A model generated the notes under the pieces. That model had not been told where the DNA came from. It was given only the letters and a program-made list of their open reading frames with translations, and made no database searches. The position numbers and the translations under genes are program-made. Positions 51,154-64,000 of a stretch of 64,000 bases of DNA are shown here, in pieces. Origin of the DNA: Octopus sinensis (lineage: Eukaryota); contig NC_043002.1 of NCBI RefSeq assembly GCF_006345805.1, forward strand, positions 63,984,001 through 64,048,000, read 5' to 3'. Each line of letters begins with the position of its first letter. The stretch's first letter is position 1.

Positions 51154-51155
<2 letters not shown>
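51070..51155. repeat. 86-bp inverted repeat, 5' inverted pLTR segment
   Basis: Exact reverse complement of 47974-48059. Confidence 0.97.
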
Positions 51156-51218
<63 letters not shown>

Positions 51219-51309
51219 ATATTATATATATTATATATATATATATTTATATGTGTGTGTTATTATATATATATATATATGTGTGTGTATCTGTGTGTAT
51301 GTAAATGTT

Positions 51310-51455
51310 TTCTATCAGTTTCCTTGTTCAGATCCTCTCGTTAGGCTTTGGTCAGCCCCAGGCTGTAGTAGAAGCTCGCTCGAGATGGCACAGTTTGGGT
51401 CCGAACCCTAATGTATGAGGTTGTAAACAAACTTTTTACCACACAGCGACGCCTG
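51310..51455 (-). mobile_element. SINE family A head, decayed
   Basis: tcagtttcc...ggctttggtcagcccc...accacacagc. Confidence 0.65.
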
Positions 51456-51654
51456 CACTTATATGCAGATGTATATATATTTAGAGAGGAAGAGAAATAG
51501 AGAGAGAGGGCGGAGAGGTAATGTTGAGGTATGAGATCAAATAATCTAATAGACAGTTGTGAACGCAGAAACACATGGTTATGTTCACACAAAAATCTAT
51601 AAATTTCTGTACGCTAACACTTAAACATGCATACTTACAAACATATCTGTTTCC

Positions 51655-51836
51655 AATTTTGGCACAAGGCCAGCTGTTTCGTGGAAGGGGTCAGTCGATT
51701 AAATCGGTCTTATTACTTAACTGATACATATTTTACTGACCCCGAAAAGTGTCAGTAAATCAGACTTGGGTGGAATTTGAACTCAGAGCGTATATACGGA
51801 CGAAATGCTACAAATTTTTTTTCTGTCCGGCGCCTT
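51655..51836 (-). mobile_element. SINE family C, decayed
   Basis: ttggcacaaggccag...gaatttgaactcagagcgta...gacgaaatgcta. Confidence 0.7.
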
Positions 51837-52008
51837 CATAATTAGATATATATTATTCAATGCAGTATACACACACGGGCACACAGTTACAGATAAATAT
51901 ATGTGTGGGTAAGCGCGTGTGTGTATTTGCTGAGTACATGCACATATACATATAAGTATATATATATATAAATGCATGTATGTATGTACATATGTGTGTA
52001 AGTACGTA

Positions 52009-52070
<62 letters not shown>

Positions 52071-52725
52071 CTTGTGTTATACATATATCTGCTTATTTAT
52101 GTGTGCCAGTGAACACACACACATATATGGAGATAGACACATAGGTGGGTATGTAGATATTTATATATATATATACATGTGTGTGTGTGTGTGTGTGTGT
52201 AGATATGTACGTACATGTGTGTATATATGTATGTATTCATGAGCATATAATCTATGTATGTGAGTTTAGTATGTGCCTGCGTATATCTGTGTATAAACCG
52301 TGAAGACCCATAATTATCAATGCTAATAGAGACTTTTAACGCAACAACAACAGACATTGATGTGATAAATTCCATCGCCATTTTAGGTGTTAAATACTTA
52401 AATGCATGATTTACGACCTGCTTTACTGCGTTAATTATTGATTGCTTTTGCTTTAAACGTGACACGACCGGCTTACCATACCACATCACTTCTATTCTAT
52501 AGTTATCTAGTACTTTAGCGGGATAAACCACTACAAAAACCAAAATGTAGTTTGGCTGTTTAGACCGCAACTTTCAGGTTCAAATCCTATGAATGAATAT
52601 AAATTCAGTGGTCGCGAATATTTCTGTATTTTCTGTGTGTTTTCTTTGTATTTTGTAAGACATGCTTCGAAGCACTGAATATTTTCTGTAGCCATTCTTC
52701 TGTAACGGACGTTGAAAAGTTATCT

Positions 52726-52930
52726 CTTTTACTCTTTTACTCGTTTCAGTCATTTGACAGCGGCCATACTGGACCACCACCATATAGTCGAGCAAATCGA
52801 CCCCAGGACTTATTCTTTGGAAGCCTAGTACTTATCCTATCGGTCTTTTTGCCGAAACGCTAAGTTACGGGGACGGGAACACACCAGTATCGGTTGACGA
52901 GCGTAGTTGGGGGGACAAACACTGACACAC
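52726..52930 (-). mobile_element. SINE family A, 3' half
   Basis: tactcttttactcgtttcagtcatttgacagcggccat...gggggacaaacactgac. Confidence 0.85.
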
Positions 52931-53354
52931 AAATATATACACCCACATACATACATACATATATGTATATATATATATATATATTGAATTAAGAAAACAA
53001 GTAATCGAATGTTATATTTAATTGAAATTTAATGATTGATGTACTTTCCCTGGCTGAGAAAGTTATGTCTCTCTCCATTCTTTGCCATCCTTTAATTTCA
53101 CCATCAGAACATCACTCTTCTGCTAAGACTATATTTTTAACTCTTCTTATTTACTTTCATCTAACTTTTTTAACCATGAAATAGATACTAACTCCTGCTA
53201 TATCACGTCATGGCGGTTTCCCTAATTTTCTCTTTCCTTCTTTTCTTTCTCCCTCTTTTTCTCCTATCATGTGAAAGTATCACCGTCGGACTAAGTAAAG
53301 AAATGACAAGTAGAATTATTATAAGATTTGTGCAGGCGCTAGGACGGTTGTTGT

Positions 53355-53525
53355 ACAGGACGCCGTGATTCTATGGTAAGAAGTGTGCTTCCCAAAAGTA
53401 TGTTTCTGGTTCAGTCCCAAAACGTGCTACGTTGGGCATGTGACTTGCAATAAAACCCAACGCCAAATAAAGGCTTCTGAATGGATTGCGTAAAAAGAAA
53501 ATGGGAAAATGAAAGAAGCCCATCA
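53355..53525 (+). mobile_element. SINE family A head, decayed
   Basis: tatggtaagaagtgtgcttccc...ggttcagtccc...tgaaagaagcccatc. Confidence 0.65.
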
Positions 53526-53615
53526 TATCTGTCTATCTATCGTTCCATCTATCTACGTATCTATTTATCTGGTTGCCTGTCTCTCTCTCCTTATAAATAT
53601 AGATAAATATATATA

Positions 53616-53663
<48 letters not shown>

Positions 53664-53664
53664 T

Positions 53665-53753
<89 letters not shown>

Positions 53754-55909
53754 AATGTTAAGGAAGAAAATGGAGATTTTTAACTAATAACAATTTGTAA
53801 ATATATTGTCAACTTAATTTTACCTACAATCGTTTTCATCTACAACTCATTCAATTTACAATTTTATTAATTAATCTAGCATTTTGAAAATTGCGAGTTA
53901 AATATTTCATCAGGGTCAAACATTGACACAAAAGGAATTTCATCGCAACAAACTAAACATATGAACATTCGTACATCTATGTGTGAGTGTTAGCATTTTG
54001 AAAAACAAAAAAAAAGTCGTTATAAGTTTGTATGGTTTTTGCTTTTATGTTTTTGCGTACGTGTGTTTATTAATATGTTTGAAAACATAGGAACCGCTAA
54101 AATTTAACATATATTTTCCATTAGGTTTTACTGTAAGTTAATCTATTAATTTCGTTTGATACTTATATTTAATTCTGAAAACACGAAATGCGATATTAAT
54201 TTATATTAATTAATTAAATTATTTTCTGATATAATTAGTCACAACATATTAATCAGTTCATATTCATTCAATTATTTTAATTTCTATTAAATTTGTGTAT
54301 TTTTTCTAGTGTATCACGTAACCTGGTTAGGTATTATTATATTTTCCTTTGAATTTCACGTTCCACGCCATCAAACTTTGTGTTACAATTGTTTTTATTA
54401 TTCGGATAATATAGGTCTCTGTTGAAAAACATACTATTATATTATTAGATTACCCAAATTTATTTACGAATTAATCAATTTATATTTTATTCTATTACTT
54501 TTTGTATTTTATTTCATTTTAAATATACTTTTTAAACAAGTATTTACATGAATACGTGCAGGATATACTTCTCTCACATTTATTAATAAGCTTATACATA
54601 GAGGTTACAATTTGGAAGATTTCTTTAATGCATGTATTACAACACTTATCCCCTATTTTATAGGAATTTCCATGGCAGATTATTTTCTGCTTTAGGTTAT
54701 ATTCTTTATTTTTGCCTTTTAAATCACATGTTAATTTGCTTAGACTGGTGTTGGTTACTTTTTTTCTGTTTCTAAACGTCTTCTCGTGGTTAACAATTCT
54801 TCACTTTATATGATTTTCCGAGGAACCTATGCAATAATAATTTATTTCCTCTGATTCTACCTCACACCGATATATGTATTACATTTGTTTTCGTTTTGTT
54901 TTTTTAGGGGGTGGGTGAATTTTTTAAACGGGCAGTTATGTTTAAATTTGCAATAACAACTTTTATCTACACTTGCCATTACAAAATTGTTGCCAATATT
55001 ACTCGTGCCTATAGCATTTTATGGCTACAATGAGAGAATTGGTTGGTTATTTCAATTTTCCTACCTGTAGAGTTCATCGTATTTATTCTATAATTGTATT
55101 CATCGCAACTGCTTTACAAGATATCTGTATTGCTTCTATCCCACTTACTACAGAAACTACTCATTTTTAAAAAAATACTAATGGCGGAAATAATTTGAAA
55201 AACTTTCCGTGAGACGGAGAATCCAATTTTAATTTTATCAGTGCTAATTATCTCGTTATATTTATTATTTTAGTGAGGTGCTTAGAAATACACCTGTACA
55301 AATTTTTGACTAAATTAATTTTAATGAAAATAATTTCAACACCAATTTTGATGACCTGGAACGCGATTGCCATATTCAAAGGAACCTGTCATAAGACCTA
55401 ACATGATCACGTGATACACCCTAATAGAAAATAATATATATGCAAATTTAATAGTTCCTTTGTTTTCAGGTATATTTACAGACGCACGCACACAAGAACA
55501 TTAAAACAAAAACAATACATACTTCTAACGGTTTCTTGTATTTTTTTCAAGGACACAAACGCGCACGCGCACACATAGATATACGAATGTTGGGATGTTT
55601 AGTCAGCTGAGATGATTTAATCAACTATGATATAATTACTTTTGTGTCAATTTCTAAAATCCAAATTTGATTTATGAATTTGTAATTTTAATGAGTTGTA
55701 CATGGAAAAATATTGTACATTTAATTTTTTTATATACATAATAGAAAATGTTTTTCACAATTGAATTCCGTTATAGCGGTTATTTCTCTTAATTACATAC
55801 ATATATTATATATTGTGAAATTTGATTTAGAATTTTCTAAATTGATTTTTCCCTGTATGTTTGGAATTATATTCCCCACTATTATTATTATACATACATA
55901 TACATACAA

Positions 55910-56001
<92 letters not shown>

Positions 56002-56639
56002 ATATATGTATATGAATACATGCATTTTTATAATCATACATATATACAAGGATACATACACATACGCGTATATATACTTATGTGTCTGTCTCCCATTATT
56101 AATTCTTGACAAACAGTAGTTCTTTGTTTACTTCATTGTAATGGACGGTTTTGTAATATACATCGATAGAATGAATCCCATGCTTAAACTAACGTAGAAA
56201 AATAAAAGAAAATCACGTTTTTAAACTATGAAACGTATTACACCTACTTACTCTTCTCCTTCTAGACTCTATTTCCAATATTCGATTTAACAGGTTGTTG
56301 TCTTCTTTCTGAAAACCTTATCTGATTCAAATCGTCATTTAGTCATTTTATAGCTGTGAGACGTTTTGATGAGAATGTTCCACTAATTTGCCTTTAATTT
56401 ATATATCCGTATGTACTCAATAACAGGAGACAGTCAATTTATTGAATAGCATTGTATATTGCCATTTGCATTTTCAGCGAAATGGAAAGAAGGTGCCATC
56501 TAAAGAAGATCAGTTCAGAACGACAATTCTGTTGACACTAATATTTCCTCAACAAATCTCTGAAGTCTGCGATCGCATATGTATGTAGGAAGACCAGTTA
56601 TAAAGAAGGCATATAGGAAGACCAGTTACAATCTACGAC

Positions 56640-56850
56640 TTCCTTGCAGGAACCAACCTGTCGACTAGAAAATATATATAAATCGCTCAACCTTTTCAAG
56701 GCAATTTAGCGCACAGACAATATCATCACATTGTTCTAGAGCAAACAAAAAGTCAGAAAAATTTCTATGAATGTCAAACCTGCAACATTTTCTGCAAGTC
56801 GCTGGCAGGATTAAAGAGTTATTGTCGTTCTGACGACTTACAATGTTGTT
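56640..56850 (+). pseudogene. Possible RTE LINE 3' fragment
   Basis: CQTCNIFCKSLAGLKSY resembles the CxxC..C.S.AGL.SH C-terminal motif of RTE elements. Confidence 0.45.
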
Positions 56851-57147
56851 AAGCGTCTTTTTAGTCAACCATGGTCATAGTTAAAATTTACAGACAACAA
56901 AAGATGAAGGCAAGTGTAGTAACACCATGCAGGTGTTTTAGTTTAATGCTCGGGAAGAATGGAAAAGGCTCTCATGGAAAAGGCATTTATGAAAAGCCTA
57001 CGTAGTTCGACAGAAAGAATTAACAGGAAAAACATGAACAAAAAATGAAAAAAAGGAGAAAAAATCTGCAGAGTTCACCATGGCGAGATGGCAGGAAAAA
57101 AGAGTCTGAATGAAAGTGTGATGAGGATGATAATAATAATAATAATA

Positions 57148-57201
<54 letters not shown>

Positions 57202-58483
57202 GAGTACCGGTGATACCAACGAATTCAGATTGTGTGTAGGTAGGTGGATAATGGTGTTTGTTGTGGGTGCTAAGAAGTTTTTGTTGCTAATGTGTGTGTG
57301 TATTTTTGTGTCAAGTGTGTAAGAGTTGGAACAGTGTATATGGGTGAATGTATAGTGGCGTATGTAGGGAGAGAGTACAAAGATCTGTGGTATGCAAGTG
57401 TGTAGGTAGAGGTGGGCTGTTAAACGGGGAGGTATATGGGAATCCGATTGCGTTTGATGTCAGAAGAAGAGAGGTAGTAAGTTGAGCCAATGAGGCACAA
57501 AAGAACGAAGACAGAAGATTAATCTACGTTCACGCCGAAGGCGTGGCCCATATGCTGAGAAAATCCTAACACAGAGAGGTCTCATTTAAGGAATCAACAA
57601 CAAACATGCAATATACTTATATATGTAAATATATGTGTATGTGTGTGTGAGAGAGAGGGGGTGAACACTGCCTGCGTAAGACGAATGGTCAAGCGCGTGT
57701 AGAAAATATATCAGCTATGATACAGAATGCACCATTTCTTTTCTGCGAAATTTCTGCTTTTTCCGCTACGACGTATATACGGAGAGATGTTTGTTTCCGG
57801 TCATTGAGTTTCACAAAACTTGATTGTCATATTCAATACTACCTCGGTGACAGCACGGGACACGAACCACCCACTCATTCACCGATCACCTTCCGGTTAT
57901 GACAGAAATCTTGGTGATACTTTGAATATCGACCCTATTGATCGAATCAAATTCCCCCCATTTACTACATCAACTTATATTATTCATTCCATTCAGATCT
58001 TGAAATAATGCTCTTCAATATCGATTTCTGATTTAAAATGAAGTCGATGAGATTGTTCAATGTGTATAAAATTTGCCAGTGGCGCTAGTGATGATATAAA
58101 TAAACTGAACTGTCCAAAACCAAGAATCGAAATATTTTCACGGTCTGTCGCCCGACAGCGATCAGCACAAGATAATTATATTAACGAGATTTATGGGGTC
58201 AATACGCACCCGTGACAACAATGAACATTTTATATTTTATTTCACATATTCTTTTTTGTTTTGTTCATTTTTAAGTATTATATATATATGTATAAATAAC
58301 TGCGAATTTATAACTAACTTTGAGATGAAATTGCCATTATAACAGAGTGAGATGCACTCTGTCAGTCGTCTCTGTGAGTGTGTAGGTGTGTGTGTTTGCG
58401 TTTTTAAGCGTGTATCAATGAGTACGTAGATATATATGGGTGTGTGTGTGTGAATATATATATATATGTGTGCGTGTGTGTGA

Positions 58484-58536
<53 letters not shown>

Positions 58537-58779
58537 AATGTAAGTATAAATCTATATCTTTGTGCGTGTATATATATTATATACATTTATACGTATATAC
58601 GTACAATAAAATACGTAAATACATATATATATATATATGTATATACAAAAAGATATTTATACAAATATATATATATGCACACACACATGCGCGCACACAC
58701 AGACACGACACACACACAAACACAGACACACACGCACACACACATACACACACACACACACACGCACACACACACACAT

Positions 58780-58820
<41 letters not shown>

Positions 58821-59323
58821 GGCGTATAAGAATATATGCATAATTTTAATTATATATATGTGTGTATGTATCTTATTTCCCATTCAGAAACAAACATAAG
58901 CTAGTGAATGAATATTTGGCTAGCAGACCTTACGTATATATAATTCATGAAGAACTCTCTTGTATGTGGTATAAAGAGGCGTTAATAAAAAAAAGTTTTC
59001 TCAAATATGCGCTGTCACGAAATTCTTCATATATGTTGTAAAATGTACAATCCTATAAACGGAAATGTTGAAAATGTTTCTGATCATGGGCAAGTTGTTG
59101 ACAAGAAGATATGATAGGGAAGCGATAATTTGTTTGTTTAGAAGACTATATTTATTTGAAAGTTTATAATTACTAAATAAATTCTGAGCGCAGTTACTAT
59201 ACCGTTTTCTGTAAAATATTTCAAATGACAAAAAAATATAATTAAATATTTCTCGTTCGGTTCAACTCATTATATACACACGCACGCACGCACATACACA
59301 CACATACACAGACACATATATGC

Positions 59324-59403
<80 letters not shown>

Positions 59404-59884
59404 ATGCGTGTGTAAACACATATATACGTATTCATAAGGATAAATAGATAGATAGATAGAATGTTCTTTTATACAGCCTCAATTAACAAGGCATATCCAC
59501 TGCTAGATATGGCTGGGTACAATAATACAGAACTCAAATTTTAATAAATATCGGCCCCTGTACGACACGAAACATATCGTACGCCCTATTACTTCGTCAT
59601 AGTAAGCTTGCTGAAGCATGCTCAATGTCTCTGTAGCAGACATTCCAAATTTAACGCGAAATGTTTAGGTTAGCTCTTTGTTCTTGTCCAGGAAAACATC
59701 GCACAATACAGCAAACACGTGATCACAAAAAAAAAAAATTCACATCTTCCGAAGTAATCACAGGGATGTCCCTCTGTACATTGCCTCAGGAAGGTCAATG
59801 CTAGTTCTCAATGCTCATGCAGCCGATGCTGACATCTGTTGACGCGTTATAAAACAAGTCCGGCTACTTTTTCATATCATTTCC

Positions 59885-59916
<32 letters not shown>

Positions 59917-60196
59917 TTTAATATTTTGGAGTAATTGGTATATGTAGATTATTGTGTTGGAGTGCTGAGTAGAGCAGTGGCACAGTTTAGGCTACATGTT
60001 GTAATCCGATGTCAGGTATATTTCGGTCGGATCTATTTCCTGAATCCTCAGTGTTGAGATGATAATGATATTTATTTCTTAAGTAACGAGAGGGATTTGG
60101 CATTAATCTTCATTAAAAATTCCTACTAAATCCATCGTCTCGTTACTTACGAAATTAATATTATCATATATGTACACACACACACACACACACATA

Positions 60197-60830
60197 TACA
60201 GGGTGCATAAGGTATTTGAAGACACCTTTTTGGGGTGTGGTTATAAATTGCAATTGTGGTTATAAACGCTGAGCATAGCGACTTAGAAATATCTCGACTT
60301 TTAAAAGTTGCCAGATATTTATAAGGAGCTAGAGACCGAAGACGGAAATGTATCAACACTCTGAAATCATCATAACGCCTGATTTTATTCAGCAAGTTCA
60401 ACAGACCATTGATTACAATCGCAGAAAGCCTATGAGGTCAATTGCAAAAAGTTTCCATGTGTTCGTAGGAAGAGTCAGAAATGTTGTCCACGAAGACATC
60501 AGATATAAGTCTTATATAATGAGAAAATGTAAATTTGTCAGAAAAAGCAAAAGAAAATCTCTACATCAGATCTAAAAGTCTCATAAAATAAAAAATCCAT
60601 CTGAAGAAGAGTTGATTTGGTTTTTTGCAAACGGGAAAAGCTTCGACCAAGTTCAAAAAGTTAACAGAGGGAATAAAAGACCCTTCTGGAGTTCCAAGTG
60701 TTATGCATACAAAATTTCCTGCAAGTGTCATGATTTTAGGCTTTGTCGGCAATGAAGGGCATTTGATGCCTTCTTACTTCGTTCCACAAGGCCTTAGATT
60801 TAATACTGCCACCTACATTGAGGTTATATT
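60197..60830 (+). mobile_element. IS630-Tc1-mariner (maT/DD37D-like) transposon 5' fragment, decayed
   Basis: Starts ta-cagggtgc. Pieces KPMRSIAK....RNVVHEDIRYKSY and TKFPASVMILGFVGNEGHLMP.YF.PQGLR.N.ATYIEV. Confidence 0.8.
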
Positions 60831-61194
60831 TATATATAACGGATTCTTTCAGTATCCATCTGCCAATTACACTTTAGTAGATAGAAACTGCTTACAATCT
60901 ATGTTACGTCAATCCATATGCCGCACTTTCTGACATACAAATCGGCCTCCATTAAGTAGTGTAAATACTGGAAGTTCGTAAATATTCTTTCACATCATCT
61001 TACATCTAATATACCGTTCTTGGTCCTCTAGACTCGTCTTATTTTATTAGACTTCCTACTTTTGCAACTATTAATTTTGGTCTGTGTATTCTTGTTCTAC
61101 GCCGGAAAATCTGCCATGTAAATTATACTTGCATACCTCCATGTATACATGCGTACGCATACACACACGCGCATAGGCACACACATACATATAT

Positions 61195-61210
61195 ATGCAG
61201 ACAGACAGAC

Positions 61211-61289
<79 letters not shown>

Positions 61290-61290
61290 C
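61195..61290. repeat. (GATA)n microsatellite
   Basis: Direct inspection. Confidence 0.95.
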
Positions 61291-62845
61291 AGAAAGATAG
61301 ATATGGTAAGGTGTATATTCTCCCTGTGTCTCAAACAATAAACCACATCCTGAATGAAAGAAGTAAATAGAAAATAAATATATGACAGCTTCCTTTCAAA
61401 TAATGTTTTAAAGTTAAGGCAATTCTCTCGACTGCAGCAAACGAATGACGTCTTTTATTGTTCATAAGACATAATGGCGTATTTTTTTATAATATATCTT
61501 CAGCTTTCTGCTTAATTATTAATAATTCTTTTTTTATTAATTGGTCTCAGACAAGTAGATGCAGGTGTTCTTCTCACACACAGACTGCTTCCCAGTTTCC
61601 ACTCAGACATATTGCGCTTGGGTGTGTATGTATATGCCTGTACGTGTGTTGGGGTGAGGGTATTCGTGGGTGTGGGTGTGTGTAGGTTTGTGTGTGGGGA
61701 GTGTATGTTTGTGTGTGTGCGTGTGCACCATCGTATATATATGTATGCATACATGTATTTATGTATATAAATATATATATATGTATGTATATGTATATAT
61801 GCACACATACACACATTCATACATATATACATATATATGTGTGTGTGAATGTGTGTGTGTGTGTCTATGTGTATAATTTACATCATGAAGCTATTTTAAT
61901 CATTTAATATTCATAACAAATTGCACAATGTGTATTCGTATAATTCTTGACTATTAAGTTTTATAAAAAATTCGATATACATTTACGATTTGTCGGCAAC
62001 GTTGTGCAGCATAGCTAATGCTATTAGCGTTTCCTTTTTTTTTTTTACGTTTAGGTTTACACCATCATTACCGTTAATTCCTAGGGGAATACGGCGAACA
62101 GCGAAAACAAACGTGATAAACTCACCGACAAAAAAGGCTGATGAAGAGCACTACACCAAAATATCTAGTTCTTTAGAAGTATACTGACAAAGCGTTGCTT
62201 TAAGTTGTTGCATCGAGTCATTGTACAGGACTTCGGAGAAGAACGGAAAACTGATGAGAATGCAAAGTGTAAAGCAATGTTACTTTGTATACAAACTAAA
62301 TAAGTTGATATAATGGAATTAAATTGGTGCCCACCGTTTGAAATTTGTGGAATTCAAAGTGTATTTATTATTATAATTACTGTAGAACAGATGTAATTAT
62401 GTCCTTATTAGAACAAAATAAAGGCTAAGCAACATCTTTCCTATAACAAAATCATAGTGACCGGCCACATAGATTAATGTACACCACTTCCCGCGCATAC
62501 ACACTTACACATATGTAAGAAATAGAGAATTTCGAGCAAATATGATCCCATCAAGAATTGGTAAACCGAATTTGCTGTCGATGCTTGGTTTCAGATGCCA
62601 GATGCATGAATGCTATACAGGCGGCAGCTATTTTTTCCGATAAGTGAATTATTTGTCTTCAATTATTTATTGTTTTACGCAACATATTTGGATCTGGGCT
62701 GATTTTATTCCCATTTGAGAGCCCCCTCCACCTATATCAGTAGGCGCCGAAGGTTATGTTGCATGCTATGTATGTTATTTTATGAATTTACACCATGCGC
62801 TTATTGTATGTGTCCTCTTATGGCAAATAATTGATATTACTTACT

Positions 62846-63025
62846 AGCTGGCAGAATTGGTATCACCAAATGCTCGTCTGTCGCCATGTTCTAAGTTCAT
62901 TTGCCAGCGATGTTGACTTTCCTTTTCATCCTTTCAGGTCGATAAATTAAGGACCAGTGGAACACTTGGGTCAACTATCCTCCACCCCCAACATATCCAA
63001 CCTTGTGCCTTTAGTAGTAAGGATT
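62846..63025 (+). mobile_element. SINE family C followed by (ATT)n
   Basis: gctggcagaat...ttgactttccttttcatcctttcaggtcgataaattaag...ccttgtgcctttagtagtaaggattatt. Confidence 0.8.
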
Positions 63026-63026
63026 A

Positions 63027-63099
<73 letters not shown>

Positions 63100-63194
63100 C
63101 ATGATTGTTGTTGTTTTTGTTGTTGTTGTTGTTGTCGTCGTCGATATTATTATTCTGAAAGACACTCGGATAGTTCTTAATTACCAGTTATTTT

Positions 63195-63700
63195 TTACTT
63201 GAAAGCAGGCAACAACAAATCTCCTGAGACTCAAAGCGACAATACTCTCCTTAGGTCGCGATCTGTACCCAACAATGCTGCCTTCTGGAACACTTCAAGC
63301 CTGACAGCAGCTTCAATGTTCTTAATATGCGTTTCAAAGCCCTTAGAAACTGCTTCGAATGCTCCAGTTACACCAGTATCACCATTACTTTCCTCATGAG
63401 CCATGAATTTCCTATCTCATCTCGCAGCGGCTTGTATTCCTTTTCTGTTTCCTTGCATTTCATCCTCGAATCGCCTGGTATTGCAGCATCTATTATCTTA
63501 ACTTCTTTTTCATGTTTATGGATGAGCACAATAACTTCTCGTCTTACCTCTATGGCTTGCTCACACTGCATGTTAAAATCTCAGAGTATTTTGTAATGTT
63601 CGTTTTCCATTACGTCATCTGGCTTGTGTTCATACCATTCTCTCGAGGTTTGCTTTACCGTACAACCAGTGGACATATCCGGCCACATTGTCGTGTCTCC
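63195..63700 (-). mobile_element. R4/Dong-clade LINE 3' fragment (RLE domain)
   Basis: YVHW, IIDAAIPGD, KEYKPLRDEI..W, QKAALLGT..LRRVL. Confidence 0.8.
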
Positions 63701-64000
63701 TTTTGTTATTATTATTATTATGTTTCTTCTTATTATTATTGTCGTTGTTGTTGTTATTGTTGTTAGGGCACCCTGGTTAGAGCCTATTGAGATTTATATA
63801 TTGTTAAAATTGCCTTTTTTTCTTACGTGAAACCCCTTTACACTCAAAATCATCAAAGCAACACACTATCACACACTTACAGACGTATTCTTTTTGGCTT
63901 GTACAGTTCATAATTTATTTCTTAATGTAAACCTTTCGTGGTCAATAAAGAAATCATCATCATTGATGTTGTTATTATTTGTGTTATTATTGAGACCAGT

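Larger units (their letters stand above)
47823..51155 (-). mobile_element. Penelope-like retroelement (EN+), 5'-truncated with inverted pLTR segment, between (TA)n tracts
   Basis: RT + GIY-YIG ORF, 3' hammerhead, exact 86-bp inverted repeat, and (TA)n on both flanks. Confidence 0.93.

Noticed and set aside
54500-55260. Possible Helitron helicase relic (LDSPSHGKFF) on the minus strand
   Set aside because: A single weak motif in very AT-rich sequence, with no ordered supporting motifs.
57240-57600. Possible PLE relic (YLPFNS) on the minus strand
   Set aside because: Too little similarity to call by eye.
62138-62165. ctgatgaagagc
   Set aside because: The second half of the motif is absent.

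Overview
AT-rich animal genomic DNA, dense in microsatellites and transposon debris. The SINE families look like those of Octopus or another coleoid cephalopod; this is from recall, not a search. No host protein-coding gene is confidently identifiable, and most listed ORFs are translations of microsatellites. The main object is a young-looking Penelope-like retroelement (PLE) at ~47823-51155 (-), inserted between (TA)n tracts. It has an uninterrupted RT + GIY-YIG ORF with two long in-frame linkers, a complete type I hammerhead ribozyme in its 3' region (48033-48121), and an exact 86-bp inverted copy of part of that 3' region at its truncated 5' end. Five more decayed hammerhead/pLTR relics lie elsewhere. 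Also present: a 5'-truncated CR1/L2-type LINE whose six frameshifts are all -1 deletions in homopolymer runs; three R4/Dong LINE fragments; Tc1, mariner and other ITm transposon relics; many tRNA-derived SINEs; a near-perfect GC-rich ~110-bp-arm hairpin (18116-18354); other palindromes; and a 276-bp inverted copy of a chimeric SINE segment. Coordinates of decayed repeats are approximate.
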